From Candidatus Omnitrophota bacterium (GTDB taxonomy: Bacteria; Omnitrophota; Gorgyraeia; 2-01-FULL-45-10): DNA of 64,000 nt. The notes below the pieces were generated by a model. The model worked only from the letters and a program-made list of their open reading frames with translations, was not told where the DNA came from and searched no databases. The stretch's first letter is position 1; every line of letters starts with the position of its first letter. The stretch is from NCBI GenBank assembly GCA_023818895.1, contig JAMWCX010000001.1:75539-139538 (forward strand), given 5' to 3'. A program made the translations under genes and the position numbers. Shown here piece after piece: positions 18,748-26,909 of the stretch.

Positions 18748-19461
18748 ATGAAAGTAAAAATTATTTTATCGACTTTACTTATTTTTGTGTGCGCTGTCAG
18801 TATCTTCATTTTCCAGTTCGCTTATTGTCAAGACGATGATTCCACAAGAAATATACTCAAGCAGGGGCTTCTAGGCGCAGGTACAGGCGCCATAGCGGCC
18901 AGCGCTTCTGGCGGCAAGGCAGGGCAAGGAGCTCTAATAGGGGCTGGCACAAATGTCATTGGCGGCGCCTTACTCGATGCGATAACAGGCCCTTCAAGCT
19001 CTTCCAGAAGTAGCGCTCCCGCTTATCGTTATTATGACGATTCTGGCGGATATTACTATGAGGAAGAGCCGCCCCAAGAGTCCAGTACCTCAAAGATAAT
19101 AAAACAAGGACTGTTAGGCGCAGGTACCGGCGCTCTTGCCTCAGGCATGTCGGGAGGTGACGCCGGTAAGGGGGCTCTAATAGGGGCTGGCACAAATGTC
19201 ATTGGCGGCGCCTTGCTTGACGCTATTACTCAGCCTTCCCGACCCAAGAGGGTCTATTACAGGCCTCCTGCGCAGCAATATCAACCCCAATATCAACCTC
19301 AATATCAGCAGCCTTATCAGCAACAATATCAGCCGCAATATCAGCCGCAAAATGTCCAGATAAAGGAAGAGACTGTTGGCTCTGGCGATGGACGCAAGAA
19401 GATAATAAAGAAATACGATTCTAGCGGAAAACTTATTTCAGAGGAAGAGATATATTATTAG
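18748..19461 (+). CDS. Secreted glycine-zipper protein with two internal repeats and a QYQPQ tandem-repeat region (paralog of the ORF at 15336..15806)
   Basis: Signal peptide, two copies of ILKQGLLGAGTGA..GALIGAGTNVIGGALLDAIT, a QYQPQYQPQYQQPYQQQYQPQYQPQ stretch, and a C-terminal KKYDSSGKLISEEEIYY motif. Confidence 0.5.
   Translation: MKVKIILSTLLIFVCAVSIFIFQFAYCQDDDSTRNILKQGLLGAGTGAIAASASGGKAGQGALIGAGTNVIGGALLDAITGPSSSSRSSAPAYRYYDDSGGYYYEEEPPQESSTSKIIKQGLLGAGTGALASGMSGGDAGKGALIGAGTNVIGGALLDAITQPSRPKRVYYRPPAQQYQPQYQPQYQQPYQQQYQPQYQPQNVQIKEETVGSGDGRKKIIKKYDSSGKLISEEEIYY
18865..19230 (+). repeat. Intragenic direct repeat, with a 41-nt perfect copy at 18931..18971 and 19174..19214
   Basis: The string gctctaataggggctggcacaaatgtcattggcggcgcctt occurs twice, inside two roughly 130-nt diverged repeat units that encode the glycine-zipper module. 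Confidence 0.6.
19272..19350 (+). repeat. Imperfect tandem CAATATCAGCC(N) repeat encoding (QYQPQ)n
   Basis: Visible 15-nt periodicity: caatatcaacccc / aatatcaacctc / aatatcagcagcct / tatcagcaacaa / tatcagccgcaa / tatcagccgcaa. Confidence 0.5.
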
Positions 19462-19488
19462 GGCCGACATAGAAAAGAGTCGTTGACC

Positions 19489-19534
19489 AAAACCTCCGTT
19501 ATGATACTTCATATCAGAAGGAGGTTTTGTTTTG
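19489..19534 (+). terminator. Putative terminator hairpin (AAAACCTCC...GGAGGTTTT followed by GTTTTG)
   Basis: A 9-bp stem with a long loop and a T-rich tail lies between the Gln-rich gene and the nuclease gene. The 3' arm doubles as the ribosome-binding site of the nuclease gene. Confidence 0.35.
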
Positions 19535-19550
19535 TCGCAGGGATGGCGTG

Positions 19551-20093
19551 ATGAGACGTAAAAAGATTGGGTATATACAGGCAGTGGCGCTTATCGTAGT
19601 ATCCGCCTTATACATGGGCGTTAAGTATCTGCCTTTAGGTGGGTGCGCAGCCGCGAGGGAAGAGTTGCTATATGTCCTGAAGGCGGTGGACGGTGACACG
19701 CTGAAACTTTCCGATGGCAGGCGTGTTCGCCTTATCGGGGTGGATACGCCGGAAGTACATTACAGCGATAAGCTTGTAAGGGATGCCCGCAAGAGCCGTA
19801 AGGATATGAAGCAAATACAATTGCTCGGTCGGAAGGCCTCTGATTTTACCAGGAAGTTGTGCGAGAACCGGAAGGTCCGGCTCGAGTTTGACGTGACTAA
19901 GTACGATCGTTACGGTCGGTTGCTTGCCTACGTATATCTTGAAGATGGCACGTTCGTCAATGCTAAGATTATAGAGGAAGGTTATGGTCAAGTCATGACC
20001 GTACCGCCTAACGTCAAATATACTGATTATTTCCTTAGGCTTGAAAGACAAGCGCGTGAAAACCGTAAGGGGTTGTGGGCTGAAAATCCATGA
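19551..20093 (+). CDS. Staphylococcal (micrococcal) nuclease-like thermonuclease, probably a lipoprotein or secreted protein
   Basis: SNase fold motifs VDGDTLKLSDGRRVRLIGVDTPE and YDRYGRLLAYVYLEDGTFVNAKIIEEGYG. The N-terminus (MRRKKIGYIQAVALIVVSALYMG...LGGC) looks like a signal or lipobox sequence. The ORF-track start at 19527 is an upstream TTG; the ATG at 19551 is preferred. Confidence 0.7.
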   Translation: MRRKKIGYIQAVALIVVSALYMGVKYLPLGGCAAAREELLYVLKAVDGDTLKLSDGRRVRLIGVDTPEVHYSDKLVRDARKSRKDMKQIQLLGRKASDFTRKLCENRKVRLEFDVTKYDRYGRLLAYVYLEDGTFVNAKIIEEGYGQVMTVPPNVKYTDYFLRLERQARENRKGLWAENP

Positions 20094-20138
20094 AACCTTG
20101 CTTAGGCGCTCTGGTAGCCGAGATATGAGAATAGAGGC

Positions 20139-21059
20139 ATGGAAGATATAAAAATACTCAAGAACATAGAATTGGCGAATCCGGTTATGATAGCCGGATG
20201 GCCCGGCATGGGCACGGTGGCGCTCGGAGTCGTTGACTACCTGCGCAGAAAATTGGGCGCGACGAAATTTGCCGAAATAGAACTCGACCCTCTTGCCACT
20301 ATCGATTCTGTCCTTGTCGAAGACGGAGTGGCCACTATCCCGCCAATCCCAAAGAATATATTTTATTATGTGAGAAATCCAGATATTATAATACTTGAAG
20401 GGGAGGCCCAGCTTTCCGGTCAGGCAGGTTTGGCGCTTTTGGGCAAGGTGCTCGATGTCGCAGAAAGATTTAAGGTCAGAACCATATATACAGGAGCGGC
20501 ATTTCCAATGCCTATAAGCCATAGAGAGGACCCAGAAGTCTACGGAGCCGTCAATAGAAGAGACCTTCTAGATGTACTTCAGAAATTCGACATAAAGGCT
20601 ATGGAGGGTGGCCACATATCGGGAATGAATGGTCTGATTCTCGGTCTGGCCAGGCAGAGAAATATAGACGCCGTATGCCTTTTGGCCACAATGCCTCAAT
20701 ATGCCATAAGCCTGCCGAATCCCAAGGCGTCCGCTGCTATAATAGATGTTATGCAGAAGATGTTGAGTTTTGTCGTAAGTCTTGAGGAGTTGTACGAGTA
20801 CATAAAGGATATGGACGAGAAGATGGCGGTAATAGAGGAAAAGGTGAAGGACGTTCTTACCATAGAAAACGAAAAGGAAGCCCAGCCCCCTGCGGACAAG
20901 AAGGTTCCCGGCTACATAACCGATAAGATTGAAAGGCTTTTTAAGGAAGCCGAAAAGGATAAATCTAAAGCTATTATACTCAAAAGAGAGCTCGACAGGT
21001 GGGACCTCTATAAAATATACGAAGACCGTTTTCTGGATCTTTTCAAGGATAGCCAATAA
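20139..21059 (+). CDS. PAC2-family (COG1938-like) protein with a Lys/Glu-rich coiled-coil C-terminal extension
   Basis: The N-terminal segment ANPVMIAGWPGMGTVA resembles the GxPGxGxVG signature of PAC2 proteins. This assignment is from memory and is moderate to weak. Confidence 0.4.
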   Translation: MEDIKILKNIELANPVMIAGWPGMGTVALGVVDYLRRKLGATKFAEIELDPLATIDSVLVEDGVATIPPIPKNIFYYVRNPDIIILEGEAQLSGQAGLALLGKVLDVAERFKVRTIYTGAAFPMPISHREDPEVYGAVNRRDLLDVLQKFDIKAMEGGHISGMNGLILGLARQRNIDAVCLLATMPQYAISLPNPKASAAIIDVMQKMLSFVVSLEELYEYIKDMDEKMAVIEEKVKDVLTIENEKEAQPPADKKVPGYITDKIERLFKEAEKDKSKAIILKRELDRWDLYKIYEDRFLDLFKDSQ

Positions 21060-22318
21060 TGAGGAAAAATAACTTCCTTAAAAAATCGCTTTTTACTTTG
21101 GTTGTAATAATTGTAATAGTTGCAACCGCTGTTTTCGTATACAGGTATCAGATAATCCAGTACTCTACCGAGGCGGTAGTGCGCAAGCTTCTTCCTGACT
21201 ATATAAGCGTGGATAAGATTTCTTTTAATTTCAAGGATAGAAAGCTATCGCTAGGCGGTCTGTGCATAAAAAATCCGCCGGGTTTTCATGGTAAGTATCT
21301 ATTAGAGGTGGAGAACCTATCTTGCGGATACAATATGCGAGGCAGGCATATCCTTGATGGAATAGAGATAACCGAGCCCATCTTCAGAGGGGCAGTTCTC
21401 GATATAGAACGGCTGGCGGACGGAAGCATTAATTTACAAAAGATGCAACAGGTTGTTGAAGGCCCAGCCAAGAATAGCGGTGCTGTCAAGGCTCAAGCCG
21501 CGGTGGCAGATGAAAAGAAGGGGAGGGGAGGGGGTGCCGGCGCGGCGCCACTTGAGGCGACGGGGAAGAAGATTCAGGATGTTGTTAAATTGCCGGAAAA
21601 ATTCTTGGCCCGGAATTGCAAAGCGCTTTTTACAGACCATATGGTACGACCGGCTCCTTACAGGCTTACTTTTGAGAACATTGACGCAACCCTTACGCTT
21701 AATTTCAACAGTTACTATACAGGGCTTCTTCGTCTTTCATCAACAGGCAGCGGCGATCTTAACGGCAGGAAGAATGAGAATATTAAATGGAACATAGTCT
21801 GGGATCCTACTACTGCGAGACTCACTATGTCTAACAGGTTCGATGTATCCGGTGTGGATATAAAGGCCTTTGAGCCATATTATGAAAGGTATTCTCCTTT
21901 TGTATTCAACCAAGGGAAATTCTCCGGTGTCCTAATATTCGATTTCGATAATGGCAACATAGGCTCATCCAACGAGATTCGTTTGTCGCGATTATCTTTT
22001 TCAATAAAGAAGGGGCAGGAAAACAGTCAGTTTTTGGAGGTCACGGTTCCGGATTTGGTTAGATACTTTAGCTCTTCAACCGGTGAGGTCATATTTGATT
22101 TTAAGATCAAAGGGGACATGGCAGATCCTAAGTTTCACCTCGGCCCAATATCCAAACGGGCGATGACGGCCATGGCCGTCGATAAAGTATCGGCGGTCAT
22201 AGCCGAAGTCGCTAAGGCCCAGCAGCAAGGCTCTGCCGCGCCGGGGGGCGAAAGCGAATATGACAAGGCCAAAGCCATTGTCGACGCATTCAAAGGCCTT
22301 GTGGACAAGAAGAAATAA
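21059..22318 (+). CDS. Membrane-anchored hypothetical protein (AsmA/DUF748-like architecture)
   Basis: An N-terminal transmembrane helix followed by a 400-aa beta-rich periplasmic region. The family call is weak. Confidence 0.3.
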   Translation: MRKNNFLKKSLFTLVVIIVIVATAVFVYRYQIIQYSTEAVVRKLLPDYISVDKISFNFKDRKLSLGGLCIKNPPGFHGKYLLEVENLSCGYNMRGRHILDGIEITEPIFRGAVLDIERLADGSINLQKMQQVVEGPAKNSGAVKAQAAVADEKKGRGGGAGAAPLEATGKKIQDVVKLPEKFLARNCKALFTDHMVRPAPYRLTFENIDATLTLNFNSYYTGLLRLSSTGSGDLNGRKNENIKWNIVWDPTTARLTMSNRFDVSGVDIKAFEPYYERYSPFVFNQGKFSGVLIFDFDNGNIGSSNEIRLSRLSFSIKKGQENSQFLEVTVPDLVRYFSSSTGEVIFDFKIKGDMADPKFHLGPISKRAMTAMAVDKVSAVIAEVAKAQQQGSAAPGGESEYDKAKAIVDAFKGLVDKKK

Positions 22319-22320
22319 GC

Positions 22321-23547
22321 GTGGAAAGACTTACCAGGAATTTTGCGTGGCTTGCGGCTGCCAATATTATAGGCAGCCTTTTTACCGCCCTTCTTTTTAT
22401 ATACCTCGCAAGGACGCTCGGTGCCGAGGCGTTCGGCCATTTTTCATATGCCACCAGCCTTGTCTTATACATTTATAACTTCATGGACCTGGGGCTTTCG
22501 ACCTACGGTATCCGTGAAGTAGCCAAAAATCACGAAGCTGTTTCCGACTACGTATCAAACATAATCTCCTTTAAGATAGCCGTCGCATTCGTATTGTTCA
22601 TAGTGCTTGGCATAATAAATGTTTTTTGCAGCCACTCCTTACTGATGAAGCTGCTGCTGGCCGAGTCTAGCCTTATGCTTTTTGTTTCAGCGCTCGCAAC
22701 GGAGTGGGCTTTTCAGGGTCTCGAACGTATGTATATGGTCTTTATATCATTCTCGTTTACTCCGCTTATCCAGCTCTTGGCCAGCCTCGTACTTGTTAGA
22801 GGACCGCAGGATCTAATGAGAGCGCCTCTAATAATATTCTTCGGCACGCTTCCAGTAATATCCATATTTCTTAAGATTCTTAAGTTCCGGCTAAGATTCG
22901 GCATTATTCACATGAAGACCCTCAAAGGATATATGGCAAGCTCGTTAGTAATATGGGCCATCTCTATGTTCACGCAGGTCTATAACGGCTTGGACATTGT
23001 GATCATGGGGTTTTTTCGCAAGGCCGAGGAGGTCGGCTGTTTTACGGTGGCGCGTCGTATAGTAGGAGGATTTTCGCTTCTTCTGGTCTTTTTGGCGAAC
23101 GCCCTTCTTCCGCGTCTATCCGCGACATTCTCAAGCGATCCGGTGGAATTCAGGCGGGCCACTACCAGGTTTCTGAGATTCGCTGTGCTGGTTGTAACCT
23201 TCGTGTTCGTTCCAGTTATAATATTCGGCAGAGAAATAATTACCTTAACCGTAGGAAGTCAGTATTTGGCGGCAGGCACGTCTCTTAAATTGATGGTCAT
23301 GGCGCTTACCCTCGTTGTATTCAATATTCCATATTCCACGGCTCTCATAGCCAGTTCTTTTGAGCGCGAGGTCCTTAAGCAGGCCTTTGCGAGCGCCTGC
23401 CTTAATATAATTTTAAATTTCCTAATTGTCCCGAAATATGGTATGATAGGCGCTTCCATATCGTTTTGCGCAGCAGAAGGGTTGGCGCTTATCTGGGTCT
23501 TATGGGCGTATAATAATAAGATAGGGTTTTACCAGAAAGGTTGTTAA
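22321..23547 (+). CDS. Polysaccharide biosynthesis protein / oligosaccharide flippase (Wzx/MOP superfamily); GTG start
   Basis: 408 aa, highly hydrophobic with about 12 predicted transmembrane helices. The N-terminus (LTRNFAWLAAANIIGSLFTALLFIYLAR) is typical of MOP flippases. Confidence 0.6.
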   Translation: MERLTRNFAWLAAANIIGSLFTALLFIYLARTLGAEAFGHFSYATSLVLYIYNFMDLGLSTYGIREVAKNHEAVSDYVSNIISFKIAVAFVLFIVLGIINVFCSHSLLMKLLLAESSLMLFVSALATEWAFQGLERMYMVFISFSFTPLIQLLASLVLVRGPQDLMRAPLIIFFGTLPVISIFLKILKFRLRFGIIHMKTLKGYMASSLVIWAISMFTQVYNGLDIVIMGFFRKAEEVGCFTVARRIVGGFSLLLVFLANALLPRLSATFSSDPVEFRRATTRFLRFAVLVVTFVFVPVIIFGREIITLTVGSQYLAAGTSLKLMVMALTLVVFNIPYSTALIASSFEREVLKQAFASACLNIILNFLIVPKYGMIGASISFCAAEGLALIWVLWAYNNKIGFYQKGC

Positions 23548-23591
23548 AAGATTTTTGGTGCGCCAATAATTTTCACAAAAAGGAGGAGATA

Positions 23592-23759
23592 ATGGTAGAG
23601 AGGAGTGAGTATAAGGGCAAGCCTGTATTGATAATTAAAAGGAGCGAGGATGATAAGTATCCTTTCAGCTTTGGGTTGTCGAAAGCCAGGCTTATCCTTG
23701 AAAATATCGAGGAGATAAAGCGATTTGTGGAGGACAACTCCAAGGAAGAGGGTACGTAG
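23592..23759 (+). CDS. Hypothetical small protein (55 aa)
   Basis: The ATG is preceded by the strong ribosome-binding site AAAGGAGGAGATA. The ORF-track start at 23541 lacks a ribosome-binding site. Confidence 0.35.
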   Translation: MVERSEYKGKPVLIIKRSEDDKYPFSFGLSKARLILENIEEIKRFVEDNSKEEGT

Positions 23760-23801
23760 CGGAAGCCTTCCAAAGCATAAAGACCCCGCCTTTTGCTTAA
23801 T

Positions 23802-23840
23802 AAAACAGGCCTTTAATTTTTAAGGCCTGTTTTATTATTA
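23802..23840 (+). terminator. Rho-independent terminator (AAACAGGCCTT-TAATTTT-AAGGCCTGTTTTATTATT)
   Basis: A perfect 11-bp stem with a U-rich tail. An A-tract upstream makes it potentially bidirectional. Confidence 0.55.
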
Positions 23841-23842
23841 CC

Positions 23843-23871
23843 TTGTCAATTTGTTATTTGTCTAGTATACT
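23843..23871 (+). promoter_or_regulatory. Sigma-70-type promoter candidate: TTGTCA, a 17-nt spacer, then TATACT
   Basis: Located upstream of the DUF134 gene, with the same architecture as the promoters at 5825 and 14820. Confidence 0.35.
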
Positions 23872-23951
23872 TTTTGTATCTATGTTAATATTGAGTATAT
23901 ACTCATAAAATAACCTGTGGATAATTTTTATAAAATAGGTATTTAAAACTT

Positions 23952-24287
23952 ATGCCGAATGAGAGAAAAGACGAATTTACTGCCAAAAAAGGGCGCCCCG
24001 TTAAACCCAGAATAGTCCATAAAGAGCCTCAAACCACACAATTCAGTCCAAGGGGCAGAATCGGAAGGCCCGGCTATAAGGAGCTTAAGTTTGAGGAGCT
24101 TGAAGCTATAAGGTTGTCTGATTATATGGGGCTGAAGCAGAAAGAAGCGGCTAGCCGTATGGGGATTAGCCAGCAGACATTTTCGCGGGTATTAAGGAAT
24201 GGTCGAAAACATCTTGCAGAAGCCCTTATAAACGGCGAAATTATAAAGGTCCAGGGTGGAGTCTTTAGAATTGAAAAATCGGCTTAA
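23952..24287 (+). CDS. UPF0251/DUF134 predicted DNA-binding protein with a sigma-70 region-4-like helix-turn-helix
   Basis: The segment ELKFEELEAIRLSDYMGLKQKEAASRMGISQQTFSRVLRNGRKHLAEALINGEIIKVQGG matches the DUF134 consensus (LEELEALRL.D.EGLSQEEAA.RMGVSRPTF.R.L..AR.K.A.AL..G.AI.I.G). Confidence 0.65.
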   Translation: MPNERKDEFTAKKGRPVKPRIVHKEPQTTQFSPRGRIGRPGYKELKFEELEAIRLSDYMGLKQKEAASRMGISQQTFSRVLRNGRKHLAEALINGEIIKVQGGVFRIEKSA

Positions 24288-24766
24288 ATTGGCGATATTT
24301 TTAATATTTTCGGCGACTCTAGCATTGACCATGGCAGGTTGCGCATCTATACCGATTCCGAGCCGGATTCCAATACCAAATGAGATACCAATCATTGGCG
24401 TATTGATCTAATCTAGAAGTTCACCTAAAAAAGCGCCTAAAACAATCCATAAAAACCATAAATAGCGGAGTATGATATATATGATTAAATGTCCTATAAT
24501 ATATCTTATGTTAACTATCTAATATGGAAATATAAATTGTAATATCTTGCACCCCAATATGTTACATGCATAATCTAATTTCCTGTTGATAAGTATATTT
24601 CTTTACGATTTTGGTTTTGTATTAGCTTTTACAAAACCATGGATGAGCGGTAATATTTTGGGTTGGATTATAAATCCTTATAGATATAATTACTGGCTGG
24701 TGTGTGGTGGTCGGGTATTACACAAGATTTTGCTGTGGCGGGCTTATAATGACGAATTTAGGGCAT

Positions 24767-25156
24767 TTAGCGGCGTTTCTTAGACTTTGTTTTGGCCGGT
24801 TTTTTTAACTTCTTTTGACACTCTATGGAGTCTATTGCGAACTCTTTTTGGTATATGATATTCAGGGACGGACTATGGCATTCCGGGCATATAAACGTCG
24901 GCCTTTCCACCATAAACCCTTTTTTGCAGGCCTCGCATTTGATCCCTAACTTAAGCGGACTAACGTATAGTTTTACGGTCGAAAAAGGAGTGTTTTTTGC
25001 CATGGTCCTGAACGTTTCTTCAAGGGTTTTTGGAGTTACATGGCTTACAGGGCTCAATGCGACGCGCACCGATTTTATCTTGATTGCTTTTCCGGACTTT
25101 TTCGATTTTTCTGTAAGCGCTGCCAGTATCTCCTGGCAGAACTTAAAATCATGCAT
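24767..25156 (-). CDS. HypA/HybF-like zinc-finger nickel metallochaperone homolog
   Basis: The N-terminus MHDFKFCQEILAAL matches the HypA MHELSL.Q start. There are paired CxxC motifs (CEACKKG...CPEC), followed by a Lys-rich tail. Confidence 0.55.
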   Translation of the reverse strand: MHDFKFCQEILAALTEKSKKSGKAIKIKSVRVALSPVSHVTPKTLEETFRTMAKNTPFSTVKLYVSPLKLGIKCEACKKGFMVERPTFICPECHSPSLNIIYQKEFAIDSIECQKKLKKPAKTKSKKRR

Positions 25157-25166
25157 TGCAATCTCC

Positions 25167-25559
25167 TTAAATACCTATTTTTTCGCGTAGTTCCTGGGGT
25201 AGTTTTATGGGCTTCAGGTCACGGTTAACGCATGCGCAGATGACCCTCGCGAACACCAGTATATCCTCTCCCCTTTTTATTTCCTGGAAGAAATGTATGG
25301 AGGCGTTTCCCATCATCTCAGGCCTGGTAAATACCCTTATTCCATCCCCATATCTGGCAGGCTTCTTATAGTCTATCTCAAGTCTTACCACCGGAAATAT
25401 TATGCCGTTTTTGGCATATTCAGCGGTGTCCAAGCCCAGATTCCGGAAGTACTCTGACCTGCCCTCCTCAAGATGCTTTAGGTAAGATGCGTAGTATACA
25501 ACTCCGCCTGCATCCGTGTCGTGGTAATATATTTTCTTTTCAATGTAAAAATCGCTCAT
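25167..25559 (-). CDS. Acyl-CoA thioesterase, 4HBT / YbgC-like hot-dog fold
   Basis: The motif YYHDTDAGGVVYYASYLKHLEEGRSEYFRNLGLD is typical of YbgC/4HBT thioesterases. Confidence 0.7.
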   Translation of the reverse strand: MSDFYIEKKIYYHDTDAGGVVYYASYLKHLEEGRSEYFRNLGLDTAEYAKNGIIFPVVRLEIDYKKPARYGDGIRVFTRPEMMGNASIHFFQEIKRGEDILVFARVICACVNRDLKPIKLPQELREKIGI

Positions 25560-26182
25560 ATTCTCAGGATGGTTTTTATTATTGTGGTAATGACATTTTG
25601 TATAGTTATTATAACAGGATCTAGTAGTCCTGTAAACAATAACCCAAGAAGTATGAGCATGCCATATGGCTCCAGCCTCGCGAGCGCGATCTGCGCTCTT
25701 GGCGGCAGGATCCCCATAAGAACCCTTGAGCCGTCCAGGGGCGGTATTGGTATCAGGTTGAGGCTTCCGAGAAGTATGTTTATTCGTGCCAGGACCACCA
25801 GGATAACGGCAATGAGCGGATTAGAACGGATTTGCGTGAATTGCAGTAGGGATATAGACATCGTGGCGATGGCTATATTTACTATGCAGCCCGCTAATGA
25901 TACAGAGACAAGCCCTATCCTGAAACTCCTTAAGTTAGAATAAGTTATTGGGACCGGCCTTGCCCATCCGAACCCCACAAGAAAAAGCGCGAGGGTTCCG
26001 ATCGGGTCAAGATGCTTGAAAGGGTTGAGCGAAAGCCTTCCTGAACGTCTGGCGGTATCGTCGCCAAACATATATGCTACCCAGCCGTGGGCTATTTCAT
26101 GGGCTATGACTGAGTATAAAATAGGTACTGATATTACTAAGAATAGAGCAGGATTTTTAAAAAGCAGCGAAGCGAGGCCCAT
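25556..26182 (-). CDS. Site-2 protease family (M50) membrane metalloprotease
   Basis: The HExxH motif lies in a transmembrane helix (VIAHEIAHGW), and the downstream LNPFKHLDP is an LDG-like motif. It overlaps the thioesterase start by 4 nt. Confidence 0.7.
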   Translation of the reverse strand: MGLASLLFKNPALFLVISVPILYSVIAHEIAHGWVAYMFGDDTARRSGRLSLNPFKHLDPIGTLALFLVGFGWARPVPITYSNLRSFRIGLVSVSLAGCIVNIAIATMSISLLQFTQIRSNPLIAVILVVLARINILLGSLNLIPIPPLDGSRVLMGILPPRAQIALARLEPYGMLILLGLLFTGLLDPVIITIQNVITTIIKTILRI

Positions 26183-26190
26183 CCTCCCCT

Positions 26191-26886
26191 CTACTTTTTG
26201 AATGGGTATTTGTTAAGTACCTTGAGGACCGTCTCCGCCGATTTGGGCATCTTCGCGGCGTTCTGCAGCAGTATCTGTTTTGCGGAAAGGTCTTTTCCAT
26301 AAAGTTCTTTATCGCCTTCCCAGTGCTGCGCTATTACCGCACCTTCGATCTTGGCCCCGGCGAATAAGCCGCGGCTCCTTGAATAGGAGAGGATCCCGCC
26401 CTTAAGTTGTATGTCGGTAGAGGCCTCAGCCGCTCTTCCGACAGGGCCTGCGGCCACTGACGCGTCCGCTCCTAGCTTGAACTTTCCCTCAAGTATGCCG
26501 TCCACGCTTCGTCTATTCATGATAAGGAGGACAAAGTCTGTGGCCTGGCCGCCGATCTGCCAACCGATACTGCCCCCCGCTATTGTGAATATTGCCGGAG
26601 GCGACCATTTTCCGCTTTTTTCATCTCTTACCATTATTATTCCCTGTCCGTATTTTCCGCCTATTCCGAAACCGGCTGAGATAGTATTTGGAAAGATCGC
26701 AATTCCGTGGCAGCTACGGAGTAGGTCTTCCGGTATGGCCTGATCAGGCATCTGCTGGACATCCTGGAGCACTTTACCGGCCTCCTCTACCAGATTTTCC
26801 CATTTGTTCTCAGCGTAAAGATGGCTGGAAGGCAGAAAAGATAAGTATGCCATCGCTATGGCGATAATGATATTTTTGACCCTCAT
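26191..26886 (-). CDS. SYLF (Ysc84/DUF500) lipid-binding domain protein, secreted
   Basis: Signal peptide plus the SYLF core GIAIFPNTISAGFGIGGKYGQGIIMVR...GGSIGWQIGGQATDFVLLIMN. Confidence 0.65.
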   Translation of the reverse strand: MRVKNIIIAIAMAYLSFLPSSHLYAENKWENLVEEAGKVLQDVQQMPDQAIPEDLLRSCHGIAIFPNTISAGFGIGGKYGQGIIMVRDEKSGKWSPPAIFTIAGGSIGWQIGGQATDFVLLIMNRRSVDGILEGKFKLGADASVAAGPVGRAAEASTDIQLKGGILSYSRSRGLFAGAKIEGAVIAQHWEGDKELYGKDLSAKQILLQNAAKMPKSAETVLKVLNKYPFKK

Positions 26887-26909
26887 GCTTTAATGTTCTC
26901 CTTTATTTA

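Noticed and set aside
19668-20522. 284-aa ORF on the minus strand
   Set aside because: It lies antisense to and fully inside two well-supported + strand genes (the SNase-like nuclease and the PAC2-like gene). It has no recognisable motifs and biased composition. It is most likely a shadow ORF of the coding strand.
24192-24395. 67-aa minus-strand ORF (MIGISFGIGIRLGIGIDAQ...)
   Set aside because: It is antisense to the proposed + strand Pro-Ile-repeat small ORF. Its repetitive GIGI composition simply mirrors the IPIP repeat on the other strand. Neither is strongly supported, but the + strand frame has the more plausible leader peptide.
24825-25190. 121-aa + strand ORF
   Set aside because: It is antisense to the HypA-like gene, and the HypA-like reading has clear family motifs whereas this one has none.
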